DNA of 63,836 bases, filler included. It is 11 parts of 11 records of this genome, joined end to end, with 100 filler letters (N's around TTAATTAATTAA, not from the genome) between each part and the next. Parts side by side here need not be neighbours in the genome. Positions count along the whole stretch, not along the records: positions 47,731 to 53,402 come from SRR11831585_315; positions 53,503 to 55,658 come from SRR11831585_323; positions 55,759 to 61,546 come from SRR11831585_326; 8 more parts are not named here. One strand, given 5' to 3'. The notes under the pieces are model-generated. The model did not search any database. It was not told where the DNA came from and was given only the letters and a program-made list of their open reading frames with translations. Both the position numbers and the translations under genes were made by a program. Of this stretch, positions 47,932 to 59,800 are shown piece by piece; position 1 is the first letter of the stretch, and each line of letters begins with the position of its first letter.

Positions 47932-50900
47932 CTGACTCTGGGCCAGTTTCACCGCTTTCTTCTTCAGTTGGCAGAAACCCTCCTCCTGCCAACATCACGG
48001 TCTGTCCTCGATGCACTCACACGACTGATGCAGTCCTACATTCTACCGCACGCATCACGGCCACGTCGGCAGCGTCCAGAGCTCTCTCAAAGCGATGTTC
48101 GTGCGCTTCTTCTCAAACACAGGGCAGCGCTGCGCACGGTGCGTGTGATTTGCAGCGTGTTCTGTGTTACGGGCGTCCCGGTCGTATGTGACACTCGTGT
48201 GCAGGTATTTGCGCGGTATGCGATCCCAACGGATCCGCTCATACCGTGGGAGCGTGTGGAGCAAGAGAATCATCCTGTCAGGCCCGCGGATTTAATCATG
48301 TTTGCCAAGGATTTCGGCATCGTACCTGCCATGTGCTCTGCGTCTAGTTTCCGTGAGGTGCGCACTTGTCATCCTGGGTCGCACATCATTCATGCGCTAT
48401 TCGCTTTTTCTACTTTCTATGTATATGCGCCTTGTGTCTGTGAAGTTTTGCGAGGGCCTGTTGGCTGTTCTTATGCGCGTGTGTGTGCAGCTTTGTCAAG
48501 AAGCAGTTCTGTTCCGAAAGCAGCCGCAGGACGATGGCTCCCTGTCGTATCAAGAGTGGACCGACATGCTTGTGCTTTTATCACTCTATACCTTCTCCAG
48601 GTATTTTGCGCGCCTCCCGCTGTGTATATGTGTGCGAAGGATTGATTGATTGATCGTTGTGTAAGCAGATTCCCCTATGACGCGGTGTCTACCACGCCTG
48701 CGCAGAAGTTAGAGGCGCTTTTGCAGCGTCTGGATATGAGTGCCGGCATGCAGTCCATCCGAGCTTTGCACAAGTCTTCTGTCGCGTTGTTTGACTGGGC
48801 GCAGGTATGCAGTATGATGGGGGATAGTTCAGTCGTGTGGTCTACGTGCCGGCTGTGGTGCTTGATATGGTGTGATATGACGTGCTGTACTTCTCTGTTG
48901 CTTGTCGATTTGCAGGATGCAGCCGTAGCGATCTATCAGTGTTCGTCTGTGTGATTGGTTGTCTCCGTAGGCGCCCACATTTTCGCCCTCTCGCGTACCC
49001 AGTCACTCGCTGTCTAGCACGCAGAACTCCGCTGTGATGGCTGCACTCAGTAAGCGTCAGATGGGTATGTCTGCGCCTTCCAACAGAGTTAAATGTTCCA
49101 ATGTGAATATGAGATTGCATCGGTGGTGTCATATTGTGCGCTTGTTTGGATGTTGTTATAACGTTTGCTCTGGTGTGTTGGGGTGCGTGTACGTGCGAGC
49201 GTGTACACATGTCTTTCGATGTCGGGCGCTGAAAGCACCTTGTCAGATCGTGTCTCATGCCGATCTCGTGTACAGGTGAGTTACAGCGTGTCTTCACGCA
49301 CTACGCAAGCACGGGTAATCTTTCCAATATACAAACGCTATCTTCGTCGAATCTGTCGCGTCTGGTGCGCGACTGTCACCTGTTGAGTAACACGCTTACT
49401 GCTGCCGACGTGGACTTGGTGTATATGGACTCGGCAAGTACGTCATGTAGTCAGCTCGCATATGTTACCACCCCCTCGTAGTCCACATGGACATTGTTAT
49501 TTCTTTCCTATGTCATATGTCACGAATGTATGCTGCACGTAAAAGCGAAATCAAACTGTTCGCGTTGTTTATAATTCTCGGTTACAATTCACAGTACTGA
49601 TTATTTTCTTCTATATATAGCGGAGGGGTTTGGCCTGAATTTTCCGCAGTTTGTGAACGCTCTCGAGCTAGTACGTGGGTCGTTCATTTCGCACCATTGC
49701 GATGTCCGATGGACCGCTCACTGTTGCTTCGATGATTCTCTCTACTGTTATCAGTACATACCGTTTGTTTGTGTACCACCATGTGTTCACTCCACGTGAG
49801 GCGTACTGATACTTCGCTGTAGCTGTCGGATCTTTGGTCACCCCCTGCGGCTTCAGACTCTGATGCGTTGAACGCGTCCTCGAACAGTCTCGCCTCCGAC
49901 TCACCGGCAACTAAACTCTCGCAGATGGTTGAAACGTATGTGTTGTCTCTCTGTGTATCTTTGTACATACTTGCGTTACTTCTTGCGTTGGTGTGCTTGA
50001 TATTGAGCGGCACAGCTGTTTGGTACACGCACAATTTGATGGTGTGTCTTCGCAGGTGTATTTTGCCCAGGGCGGGACATGCAGCCCCTGACAAGATCGC
50101 TGAGGCGCTCATGCACCCCGCTGTGGCCCGTGTGTTTGAAAAGTACCGCAAGGGTCTGCAAACGGTACGCGCCCCTATCACGATTACATGTTGTGTTTGC
50201 TTATGCATGTGTGATCATTGAACGGGACGAGTCTTTGTGCTATCGTCGTTTTTAGTTGACATATACCTTGCGTTGCTTTCGTTGTTGTGTGCAGGTCTTC
50301 TCCTACTATACCTCAGATGCTGCCGATGATGCGGACGCCGGTGCCCTTTCGTGGGAGCAGATTGTCAGACTGCAAAAGACAATGAATCTAGACTTGTTCA
50401 TGCGGTTTGCGCAAGAGTTCACTATGTTGGGCACACTGATTTCTCAGACAGAGGCCGTCGAGGTATGTCTACGTGATGCTGCTGTTTTGCTGCGACGTAA
50501 ATGTGCCGAAATCGCATTATCCGTTTTTGTGTGATTTTGTGATCTTGTGTCTTATCTCCCGTACCTGTGCTTGCAGGTATTCCGTGCCGTGACATGGGTT
50601 ACCGAAGGCTCTGATTCGCTCCCCGGGGACACGGAGCGCCTGACCTACGCCCAATGGATCGAGGCCTTGGGACGCATTGCACTGGTGGCTTTCTCCCGAA
50701 CACCCTACGATGGAATGTCAACAGATAATACGCAAAAGTGCGAGGCGCTTCTCCAGCGTATGGACATGAGCTCCGGCATGCAGTCGATACGGACAGCACT
50801 GAGACAGCATGTCTCCATCTTTGACTGGGCCGGGGCTCCAGAGACCACAGCCACCGAAAACGAGGCGGTTGACAGCCCCATCGACGAACCCACACTCGGT

Positions 50901-53172
50901 ACGCAACCCGTGTGTCTGCATTATTTCATCCAGCGATCACGTTTGTAGACTTCTGTTCGTGACCTACATTTTGGTTATCGCTGCGGGTCTGACATATTTG
51001 AATGTCTGTAGACAAGCTATCGTCGTTCTTTGCCCACCACGCCACAAGCACCTCGCAAGGCAACCGCCTCTCATCTTTCCACCTGCGGTCCCTTGTGCGT
51101 GATGCGGATGTGCTGGACAATCGCGTGACCGCCACCGATGTTGATCTCGCAATCACAGAACATGGCAGTATGTGCGCGGATACTGGTCTGGTTCTTATGC
51201 TTGTTCTGTTGTGAAATCAGGGTCTATAGGAAGGGTTCTTTAGCTGTGATCATTGACCACACAACTGTTTCCAGGTGCCACTCATGTGCCTCATGCGTGT
51301 TCTGACACACTGTTCCTCGTCTGCAGAGCATGACTCGGGTTTGACATTTGCGGCGTTCGAGGCCTGTCTGCGAGACATCGCCAAGAAACGGTTCAAGGAA
51401 GAGTCTCCGCGCGCGTACGTTCTTATTACATTTCCATTTCCGTTCACTTTCTATGAATGTGTTTTCTACACTGCGTCCTTAGAGCTGCGCTGCGTTTTGT
51501 CAACTCTACCAGATTCTGTCTTTTGTCTGTATTCAGATAGCGTTATTCACACTGTCCCTTTGTTGCGGTTTAGGGCTTTGGGGCGGCTCCTGAAACAGCA
51601 CATCATACCATGCATCGTACGGCAGCTTGCAGACACCACCGTCGCCTCTGACAGCCCTGACCCGCTGTTGGATGGAGAGTTGGTGGCTCTATTGACCAAA
51701 TTCAAACGCACGCTGAGACTGGTACGATCACCCTTTCTCGTACCTCGTGAATAGTGAGGTTTGATGTTCTCGTGTTTGCGTGTTCTCGTGCTTGTGTTGA
51801 TAATGGATAACTTCTCCGGTTTCGATGCTTCTTGTACCCGCCCGTTTATCTCACTGTCTTCTGTGGTGTAGCTGTTTACTGCATATGCGGCCTCAGACAC
51901 TCGGACCATTCATCAGAAGTCACCCTGGGAAGACGTATGTACTGTTCTCTATGCCGAACCCGTATCTTTTGCGGAGCTTGTATGTTGTGTGGCCGTGCAG
52001 CCGCGCTGTTAGCACCTTCACTATTGTTCGAACCTGACTGTTGCGCTGATGCCGTCGTTCAGGTGGAGCGGTACCATGCGCGTGTATCCGTCAGCACATT
52101 GGTTCGCTTGTTGTCAGAATTTGAGGTGGTTCCGGCCGTAGTCAGCGCGAAAGAGGTCCAAGAAGTACGTGCTGTGTGTTTCTTCATGGGCACTCTGTGT
52201 GTGATGGCTTCTGTTCTCCCCGCCGTGGTCCGCTTTGATTTGCCCCATCCCTAATCTTGTATATGTGTTACCAGATGGCGCTGCAGTGCGTCTCGCAGCC
52301 CCTTTATAGTGTACCGCACCTTCCCGAGGAGCAGGCCTCGTTGCTGAACTACTCGCAGTTTTTGGAGGCACTGGTCCGTGTCGCTATGCTGGGGTACTCA
52401 AGGTATTTATGTGGGCTCGTCTGTGACGTTATGTTGCTTGCTATATGTGGAGTTGGTGTGTGATATCTGGTCCGACAATGCGCTGTACCATGTGGGTGTG
52501 TGAGGCGCACCGCAAGTGCACTGATCCGTGGTTCCGATGCAACTTGTGCAGGTACCCGTTCAATGCTATGGAGTTGCGCGCACGTGAGCGTTTGGAAATG
52601 CTACTGCGCCGTATGGATGTCAGCGCGGGTATGACACATCTGCGTGGGCTTAGTCTGGCCCCGATCGGACTGTTTGACTGGACGGTACTTCATCACACAG
52701 CGCCTCCACTCAATGGCAGCAGCGGTACCGCGGCTTCTCTTAACGCATCGCACTCTAGCAGTCTATCCACTGGGCACCATAGTACGTAGTAGATGCGTTC
52801 CCGTTCCGAGTTGGTCGATTTCCGTGGTTATTGGTGTGTGTTCCGATTTCTCAAGTGTCCTTTATGGTAGGTCACCGCGACAACCCCATAACGAAAGAGT
52901 CACCGAAGAAGCTGGACGACAACACCATTGGTATCGTGCCGCTGCGGTGCTTCAGTCGCAACTTGCTGTTCTCATTCTATGTCGTGTATGGATGTGTGTT
53001 GCAGCGGTGCTGAGAAGAATTTTCCTGTACTACGCCGCATATGGGCACCACACACAGAACCACACCATGAGTTCACAGAACTACAGCCGTTTTCTGCGCG
53101 ATTGCGGTGTGGTGGGGCACGCGAGGGGTCTGGAGCTGGCCGAGGCTGATATCCTATTTGTCGAAAATGCGA
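47932..53172 (+). CDS. eukaryotic 20-exon gene fragment: large tandem-repeat protein with TPPP/p25alpha-like (EF-hand-like) modules
   Basis: Exons 47932-48138, 48205-48357, 48491-48600, 48669-48804, 48971-49049, 49276-49437, 49621-49670, 49823-49935, 50056-50164, 50295-50462, 50577-50898, 51012-51167, 51327-51414, 51574-51721, 51872-51934, 52063-52164, 52275-52402, 52552-52781, 52871-52930 and 53005-53172 splice (GT-AG) phase-compatibly into ~917 stop-free codons. Confidence 0.8.
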
Positions 53173-53728
53173 GTATGTGTCCGTGTCGCTTGGTTACGCA
53201 TGTACAATTGTGACAGTGCGGTAGATCGCCTGGCTAAACGGGTTCTGCAGCTGCTATGTTCGCATATCTTCATGTGTGAATTGTCGGTACCTACTGTGCG
53301 TACCAGTGCTGAGTGTTGGTTGAGCAGAAGACCAGTCTCTCGACTTTGACGGGTTTGTGGCATCGTTACGGGCGGTGGCGTGCGCCGTGTATGCAGCCCA
53401 CCNNNNNNNNNNNNNNNNNNNNNNNNNNNNNNNNNNNNNNNNNNNNTTAATTAATTAANNNNNNNNNNNNNNNNNNNNNNNNNNNNNNNNNNNNNNNNNN
53501 NNGAGGAGGGGGCGGCACTCTACACACAGAGAGACACAGAGACACAGAGGCACACAGACACATATACATATACACACAGAGACACACAAACGCACACACA
53601 GAGAGACACAAGGTCAGAAAATGAAACACGACAGTTCTACCACGATCACAGCTCTCAGAACTAACATATCAACATGAACACACACACGCAAACAAGCAAA
53701 ACTTGTAGTGATTACACACGCACAAGCA

Positions 53729-54331
53729 CCCCCACACTAGTATTCAAACAAGCGCCGAACGTACGTTCCAGCAGACGCCGCAGTTCTCCCACTGCCTCAG
53801 ACTTGGCGACTCGCAAATGCTCAACCAAAAACTGCACCGTGGTGATGCTCACCGTACACACGGACTCTGTTACACGGCGGAACAGATACATGGGCTTGCC
53901 ACGGAGGGAAACATGCTTCGATGTCACGCGAGATTGGGCGCGATCGATGACAAAGAGTGGTTCGTCTGCGGACGAAGAGAGATATCGGGTGTAAGCACGG
54001 ACACAAACGAAATGAAGGAAGAAGAAGGCATACTATCAGCAAAGCTCTCCACAGTGAGAGCGGTCTCAAAGTCGAATCCGTCAAAATGGCAGGCGCTGGC
54101 CAGGGTACCGTTCTTTTGCGCAAACTTGGAGAGTTGCGCAATGATCTAATACAAGAAGTCGATCAGTCTCTGCCTGCCTTGCCTTGGAGCGCAGATCATC
54201 AACGCAGAAAATGCCAAACCGCGCCTACGAGGAAATGATCGTACATCAGCCAGAATCTTCTCATTGGCCTCACCATCCTCCAGATGAGAGGGATCCTTCC
54301 ATCGCAGCGACTTGGTCACGTAGGCTCCCAT
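53729..54331 (-). CDS. eukaryotic spliced gene 5' part, unknown protein with putative N-myristoylation signal
   Basis: Exons 54331-54245, 54145-54034 and 53965-~53760/53729: MGAYVTKSLRWKDPSH...|IIAQLSKFAQ...|NEPLFVIDRAQSR...; in-frame TAA just upstream of the ATG. Confidence 0.6.
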
Positions 54332-54666
54332 TCGTTACGGATAACTCGTTTCACAAAACAGACCGTCTGCTCAGAGTATAAAGCGAACGGCGAAGACGCG
54401 AAAGACGCAAGCGCGGATCACCACCAACACAACTGTAAAACCGTGCGTGCGTGTTTGTGTGTTCTCGTTGCTCGTTGCTCGCTCGCTGCCGGACCCTGAC
54501 AGGACAAGTGACATGCTGTGCAATACCGGCCACAAGCAGTGGGCGTACGCCGAATTGCAGCAAGGTGCGTGATGCGGAATGCATGTGCGTCGTGCGAGGA
54601 ACAGATGGGATGATGTGAGAACGAAGAGGTGACTTGCGCGAACCAAGCTTTGGTGAGAGGTGTTCC

Positions 54667-55635
54667 ATGGAAAGCGCGGTTGCTGATATACCCAACACGA
54701 AGCATGTGGAAAATGGTACTAGCTTGTGTCATTGTTTTTCGCTTTGCCCGAATTGTGTGTGTTGTGGATAAGCCGCTGCCTCTCCCTCTGTGTTGAGTCG
54801 TTCTCAAATACCGAATGCGAATGTAGTGGATATGATCGATGCTCCCGGCCCGGAGGAATTGCCCGCTGATGAGCCACTGAATACGTCGGCCACGGAGGAG
54901 CGGCCCAAGCGCGGAGGGCGTGCGGCTTCCAATGCCAGCAAGAAGAAGGCTGCCGCGTCCGCCCCTTCATCCGCTCCATCGAGTCAGAATCCCGCCACGC
55001 AGAGCCTGTTGGATCTGTGCGCCGCGGCTGGGATTGTTGAGAAGAAGAAGCGCAAAGCCGGGGAAGATGGCGACGGTGCCTCCAGTGCAGATGAGTCCAT
55101 TGACGTGGACGGGAACAGCCAAACCGCAACGCCCACGCTCGAACCCGTTGCTGTGCGCCCCAAACTCAACGAAGCTGCGCTACAACCATCCACCTCCTCC
55201 GCCGTTACCACCACCACCACCAACGCCACCGGGAGCTCCGGTGCGGCAGATGCGAGTCCGGCGCATGTACCCGCTGAGACTCCCCCCACCCGAAAACGTG
55301 CAGCCCGTGTCCCTGCGCCCCCTGTCGATATCGAGGCGCTGCGTGTGCGTGCGGGCGATATGGGCGGGCTGAGTTTGGGTGGGCTTACACCCCCCGGAAC
55401 CCAAGCACCCAACTCCTCTAGCACCGGCACCCCAACCACCAGCACCACCTCCACCACCACGACGACAGCATCGGGTGATACGGGTGGGGTCGTGGGTTCG
55501 TTGGATTCGAGAGAGCAGCAGATGCAGTTTGTGCGGGAGCTGTTGTTTGATGACGGCCGTATTCGGTACCGGGGCGCACAGATGCGTTTTGCACTGACCA
55601 GCTACAAGTGGTTCACGGGACGCACACACGAACAG
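54667..55635 (+). CDS. eukaryotic spliced gene 5' part, low-complexity Ser/Thr/Ala/Pro-rich protein with basic NLS-like clusters
   Basis: Exon 54667-54715 (MESAVADIPNTKHVEN) splices to 54827-55635; KKKRK and RKRAAR clusters; a possibly folded segment starts at EQQMQFVRELLFDDG. Confidence 0.6.
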
Positions 55636-55758
55636 GTGTGTGTGTGTGTGTGTGTGTGNNNNNNNNNNNNNNNNNNNNNNNNNNNNNNNNNNNNNNNNNN
55701 NNTTAATTAATTAANNNNNNNNNNNNNNNNNNNNNNNNNNNNNNNNNNNNNNNNNNNN

Positions 55759-55785
55759 AAACCGCCAAATTCGGCGGTTTTTTAT
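55759..55785. terminator. hairpin terminator downstream of sseA
   Basis: AAACCGCC-aaattc-GGCGGTTTTTT. Confidence 0.7.
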
Positions 55786-55799
55786 TGCCTGTAAAATAC

Positions 55800-56645
55800 T
55801 TATTTCACTGGCTCAACCGGTAAATCTGCCCGCGCGCCCCATTCACTCCATGCGCCGTCGTACAGTTTCACGTTTGGCACATCCAGCGTCGCGAGTGCTA
55901 ACAAAACCACGGCTGCCGTTACACCAGAGCCGCAGCTGACGATAATTGGTTTGTCGTAGCTGACGCCGCGACCAAAAAATATCGCATCCAGTTCATCGGT
56001 CGTTTTTAGTTCGCCTTCGCGCACCAGTTCCGTCCACGGAACATTCAGTGCTCCGGGAATATGTCCGCGACGTAAACCTGGGCGAGGTTCATCAACTTCT
56101 GCGTTAAAACGTGCAGCCGGGCGGGCATCAATAATTTGCGCCGTATTTTCATGGCTTGCCAATAATACATCGGTTACTTTCACCACGGCTTCAGGATTAA
56201 ACGCGGCGTTAAACTCTCCTTCCGGCAGCTCTACTGCACCTTCTTCTAACAGCAGATCATCGCGCTGCCAGCCTGCAAGTCCACCCCCCAGAATCGACAC
56301 TTTCTCTACACCAAAGGTGCGCAGCATCCACCATGCTCGTGGGGCTGAGAAAAGATTACCTTCGTCATAGACAATCAGGTGCTTATCCTGGTTAACGCCT
56401 AATTCACGCATCGCCACGGCGAACGTTTCCGGGCGCGGCAGCATGTGCGGAAGCGGGGAAGTGTGATCAGAAAGCGCTTCGATATCAAAAAACACTGCGC
56501 CGGGAATATGTCCATTCAGATACTCCTGAGCAACGTTACGATCCTCCTGTCCAGGCGACGCCATGCGGGCATCGATAATCTGAATTTCCGGGTCATCAAT
56601 ATGTTCGGCGAGCCAGTCGGCTCCTACAAACCATGTCGTGGACAT
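55800..56645 (-). CDS. sseA: 3-mercaptopyruvate sulfurtransferase
   Basis: 281 aa MSTTWFVGAD, CGSGVTA active loop, YDGAWSEW. Confidence 0.96.
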   Translation of the reverse strand: MSTTWFVGADWLAEHIDDPEIQIIDARMASPGQEDRNVAQEYLNGHIPGAVFFDIEALSDHTSPLPHMLPRPETFAVAMRELGVNQDKHLIVYDEGNLFSAPRAWWMLRTFGVEKVSILGGGLAGWQRDDLLLEEGAVELPEGEFNAAFNPEAVVKVTDVLLASHENTAQIIDARPAARFNAEVDEPRPGLRRGHIPGALNVPWTELVREGELKTTDELDAIFFGRGVSYDKPIIVSCGSGVTAAVVLLALATLDVPNVKLYDGAWSEWGARADLPVEPVK

Positions 56646-56851
56646 AGGCATCTCCATTTTTGCCGGGGTTAGGCTAAATTGTCGGATGTTTAGTGAAAAG
56701 CGACAAGCAAAAGAGGCTGATTTGGCTGTCTGAGCCACAATTCTCACTAAAATTCGGATTGTATGGGCGTGATACTGAATTACATAACGTAAATTCTCAC
56801 GCATAATAATTATTCGACGTTGCTAACGGGCCATTGTGGCAGGGATGAAAA

Positions 56852-59800
56852 ATGAAAAAGTTACGCGTAGCCGCCTGCATGCTAATGCTGGCGCTGGCAG
56901 GGTGCGACAACAACGATAACGCGCCAACAGCGGTGAAAAAAGATGCGCCTTCTGAAGTTACTAAAGCGGCCTCTTCAGAAAACGCGAGTTCAGCAAAACT
57001 CTCCGTGCCGGAGAGACAAAAACTGGCCCAACAGAGTGCCGGTAAGGTGCTGACATTGCTGGATCTCTCTGAAGTCCAACTTGATGGTGCAGCCACGCTG
57101 GTGCTGACGTTCTCCATCCCTCTCGACCCGGATCAGGATTTCTCACGCGTTATTCATGTCGTCGATAAAAAAAGCGGCAAAGTGGATGGTGCCTGGGAGC
57201 TGTCAGATAATCTTAAAGAGTTACGTTTACGCCACCTCGAACCGAAACGTGATTTGATCGTTACTATTGGCAAGGAGGTCAAAGCACTCAACAACGCAAC
57301 CTTCAGTAAAGATTACGAAAAAACTATAACTACCCGCGACATCCAACCCAGCGTCGGTTTTGCCAGCCGTGGTTCGCTGCTGCCTGGCAAAGTCGTTGAA
57401 GGGCTGCCGGTAATGGCGCTCAACGTTAATAATGTCGATGTTAACTTCTTCCGCGTTAAGCCAGAATCTCTGCCAGCATTCATTAGCCAATGGGAATACC
57501 GCAATTCGCTGGCGAACTGGCAGTCAGACAAACTGCTGCAGATGGCGGATCTGGTCTACACCGGACGGTTTGATCTCAATCCTGCGCGTAACACCCGTGA
57601 AAAATTATTGCTGCCGCTGGGCGATATCAAACCGCTTCAGCAGGCGGGCGTGTATCTGGCTGTGATGAATCAGGCTGGACGTTACGATTACAGTAATCCC
57701 GCGACGCTGTTTACGTTAAGTGATATCGGCGTTTCAGCTCACCGTTATCACAATCGTCTGGATATCTTTACCCAAAGTCTGGAAAACGGCGCGGCCCAGC
57801 AAGGAATTGAAGTCTCTTTATTAAATGAGAAAGGGCAGACTCTGACTCAGGCAACCAGTGACGCTCAGGGGCATGTGCAGCTGGAAAATGATAAAAACGC
57901 GGCATTACTGTTGGCGCGTAAAGACGGTCAGACAACGCTACTCGATTTAAAACTTCCGGCGCTGGACTTAGCAGAATTTAACATTGCTGGCGCGCCAGGC
58001 TATAGCAAACAGTTTTTCATGTTTGGCCCACGCGATCTTTATCGCCCAGGTGAAACGGTAATCCTCAATGGTTTGCTGCGTGATGCAGACGGTAAAGCGT
58101 TGCCCAATCAACCCATCAAGTTAGACGTGATTAAACCCGATGGGCAGGTACTCAGGAGCGTCGTTAGTCAGCCGGAGAATGGCCTCTACCACTTTACCTG
58201 GCCACTCGATAGCAATGCGGCAACCGGTATGTGGCATATTCGCGCTAACACGGGCGATAATCAGTATCGGATGTGGGATTTCCACGTCGAAGATTTTATG
58301 CCAGAGCGCATGGCGCTGAATCTGACCGGTGAGAAAACCCCGCTAACGCCGAAAGATGAAGTGAAATTCTCCGTGGTGGGGTACTACCTGTATGGTGCAC
58401 CTGCTAATGGTAATACTTTGCAAGGGCAACTTTTCCTGCGCCCACTGCGTGAAGCTGTGTCAGCCTTACCTGGTTTTGAATTCGGCGATATAGCTGCCGA
58501 AAATCTTTCCCGCACGCTGGATGAAGTTCAGTTGACGCTGGATGATAAAGGGCGCGGCGAAGTTTCTACAGAAAGCCAGTGGAAGGAAACGCATTCCCCA
58601 TTACAGGTTATTTTCCAGGGTAGTTTGCTGGAATCGGGCGGTCGCCCGGTGACGCGCCGCGCTGAGCAGGCTATCTGGCCTGCCGATGCATTGCCGGGGA
58701 TCCGTCCGCAGTTCGCCTCGAAATCGGTTTACGATTATCGTACTGACAGCACGGTGAAACAGCCCATTGTTGATGAAGGCAGTAACGCCGCTTTTGACAT
58801 CGTTTATAGCGATGCGCAAGGCGTGAAAAAAGCCGTGTCGGGCTTGCAGGTGCGCCTGATTCGCGAACGCCGCGATTACTACTGGAACTGGTCAGAAGAT
58901 GAAGGCTGGCAGTCACAGTTTGATCAAAAAGATCTGATCGAAAATGAACAAACTCTGGATCTGAAAGCGGACGAAACCGGCAAGGTCAGTTTTCCGGTAG
59001 AGTGGGGCGCTTATCGTCTGGAAGTCAAAGCGCCGAATGAAGCGGTCAGTAGTGTTCGTTTCTGGGCTGGCTATAGCTGGCAGGACAACAGCGACGGTAG
59101 CGGCGCAGTGCGACCCGACCGTGTCACGCTGAAACTGGATAAAGCCAGTTATCGCCCTGGCGACACCATTAAGTTGCATATCGCCGCGCCAACGGCGGGT
59201 AAAGGTTATGCGATGGTCGAGTCCAGTGAAGGGCCGCTGTGGTGGCAAGAGATTGATGTTCGGGCTCAAGGGCTGGATCTGACGATTCCGGTCGATAAAA
59301 CCTGGAATCGTCATGATCTGTATTTAAGTACGCTGGTGGTACGTCCTGGCGATAAATCTCGCTCCGCGACGCCAAAACGCGCGGTTGGTGTGTTGCATCT
59401 GCCGCTTGGCGATGAAAACCGTCGCCTCGATCTGGCGCTGGAAACACCAGCAAAAATGCGTCCCAATCAACCATTAACCGTGAAAATTAAAGCCAGCACT
59501 AAAAATGGCGAGAAGCCTAAACAGGTGAATGTGCTGGTGTCTGCCGTTGATAGTGGTGTGCTGAATATTACTGACTACGTCACGCCAGATCCGTGGCAGG
59601 CGTTCTTTGGTCAGAAACGCTATGGCGCAGACATTTACGATATTTACGGTCAGGTTATTGAAGGTCAGGGGCGTCTGGCAGCTCTGCGTTTCGGTGGCGA
59701 TGGTGATGAGCTGAAACGTGGTGGTAAACCGCCGGTCAATCACGTCAATATTGTCGTGCAGCAGGCGCTGCCGGTAACGCTCAACGAACAGGGCGAAGGC

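Noticed and set aside
48917..48941. Possible extra micro-exons (48917-48941; also 32922-33013)
   Set aside because: Not needed: the flanking exons already join in phase, and these candidates have weak donors or break the frame.
47675..55710. Dozens of short Cys/Val/His/Thr-rich ORFs in the eukaryotic contigs
   Set aside because: They are translations of TG/CA-rich introns or exon-intron read-through, and the spliced models explain them.
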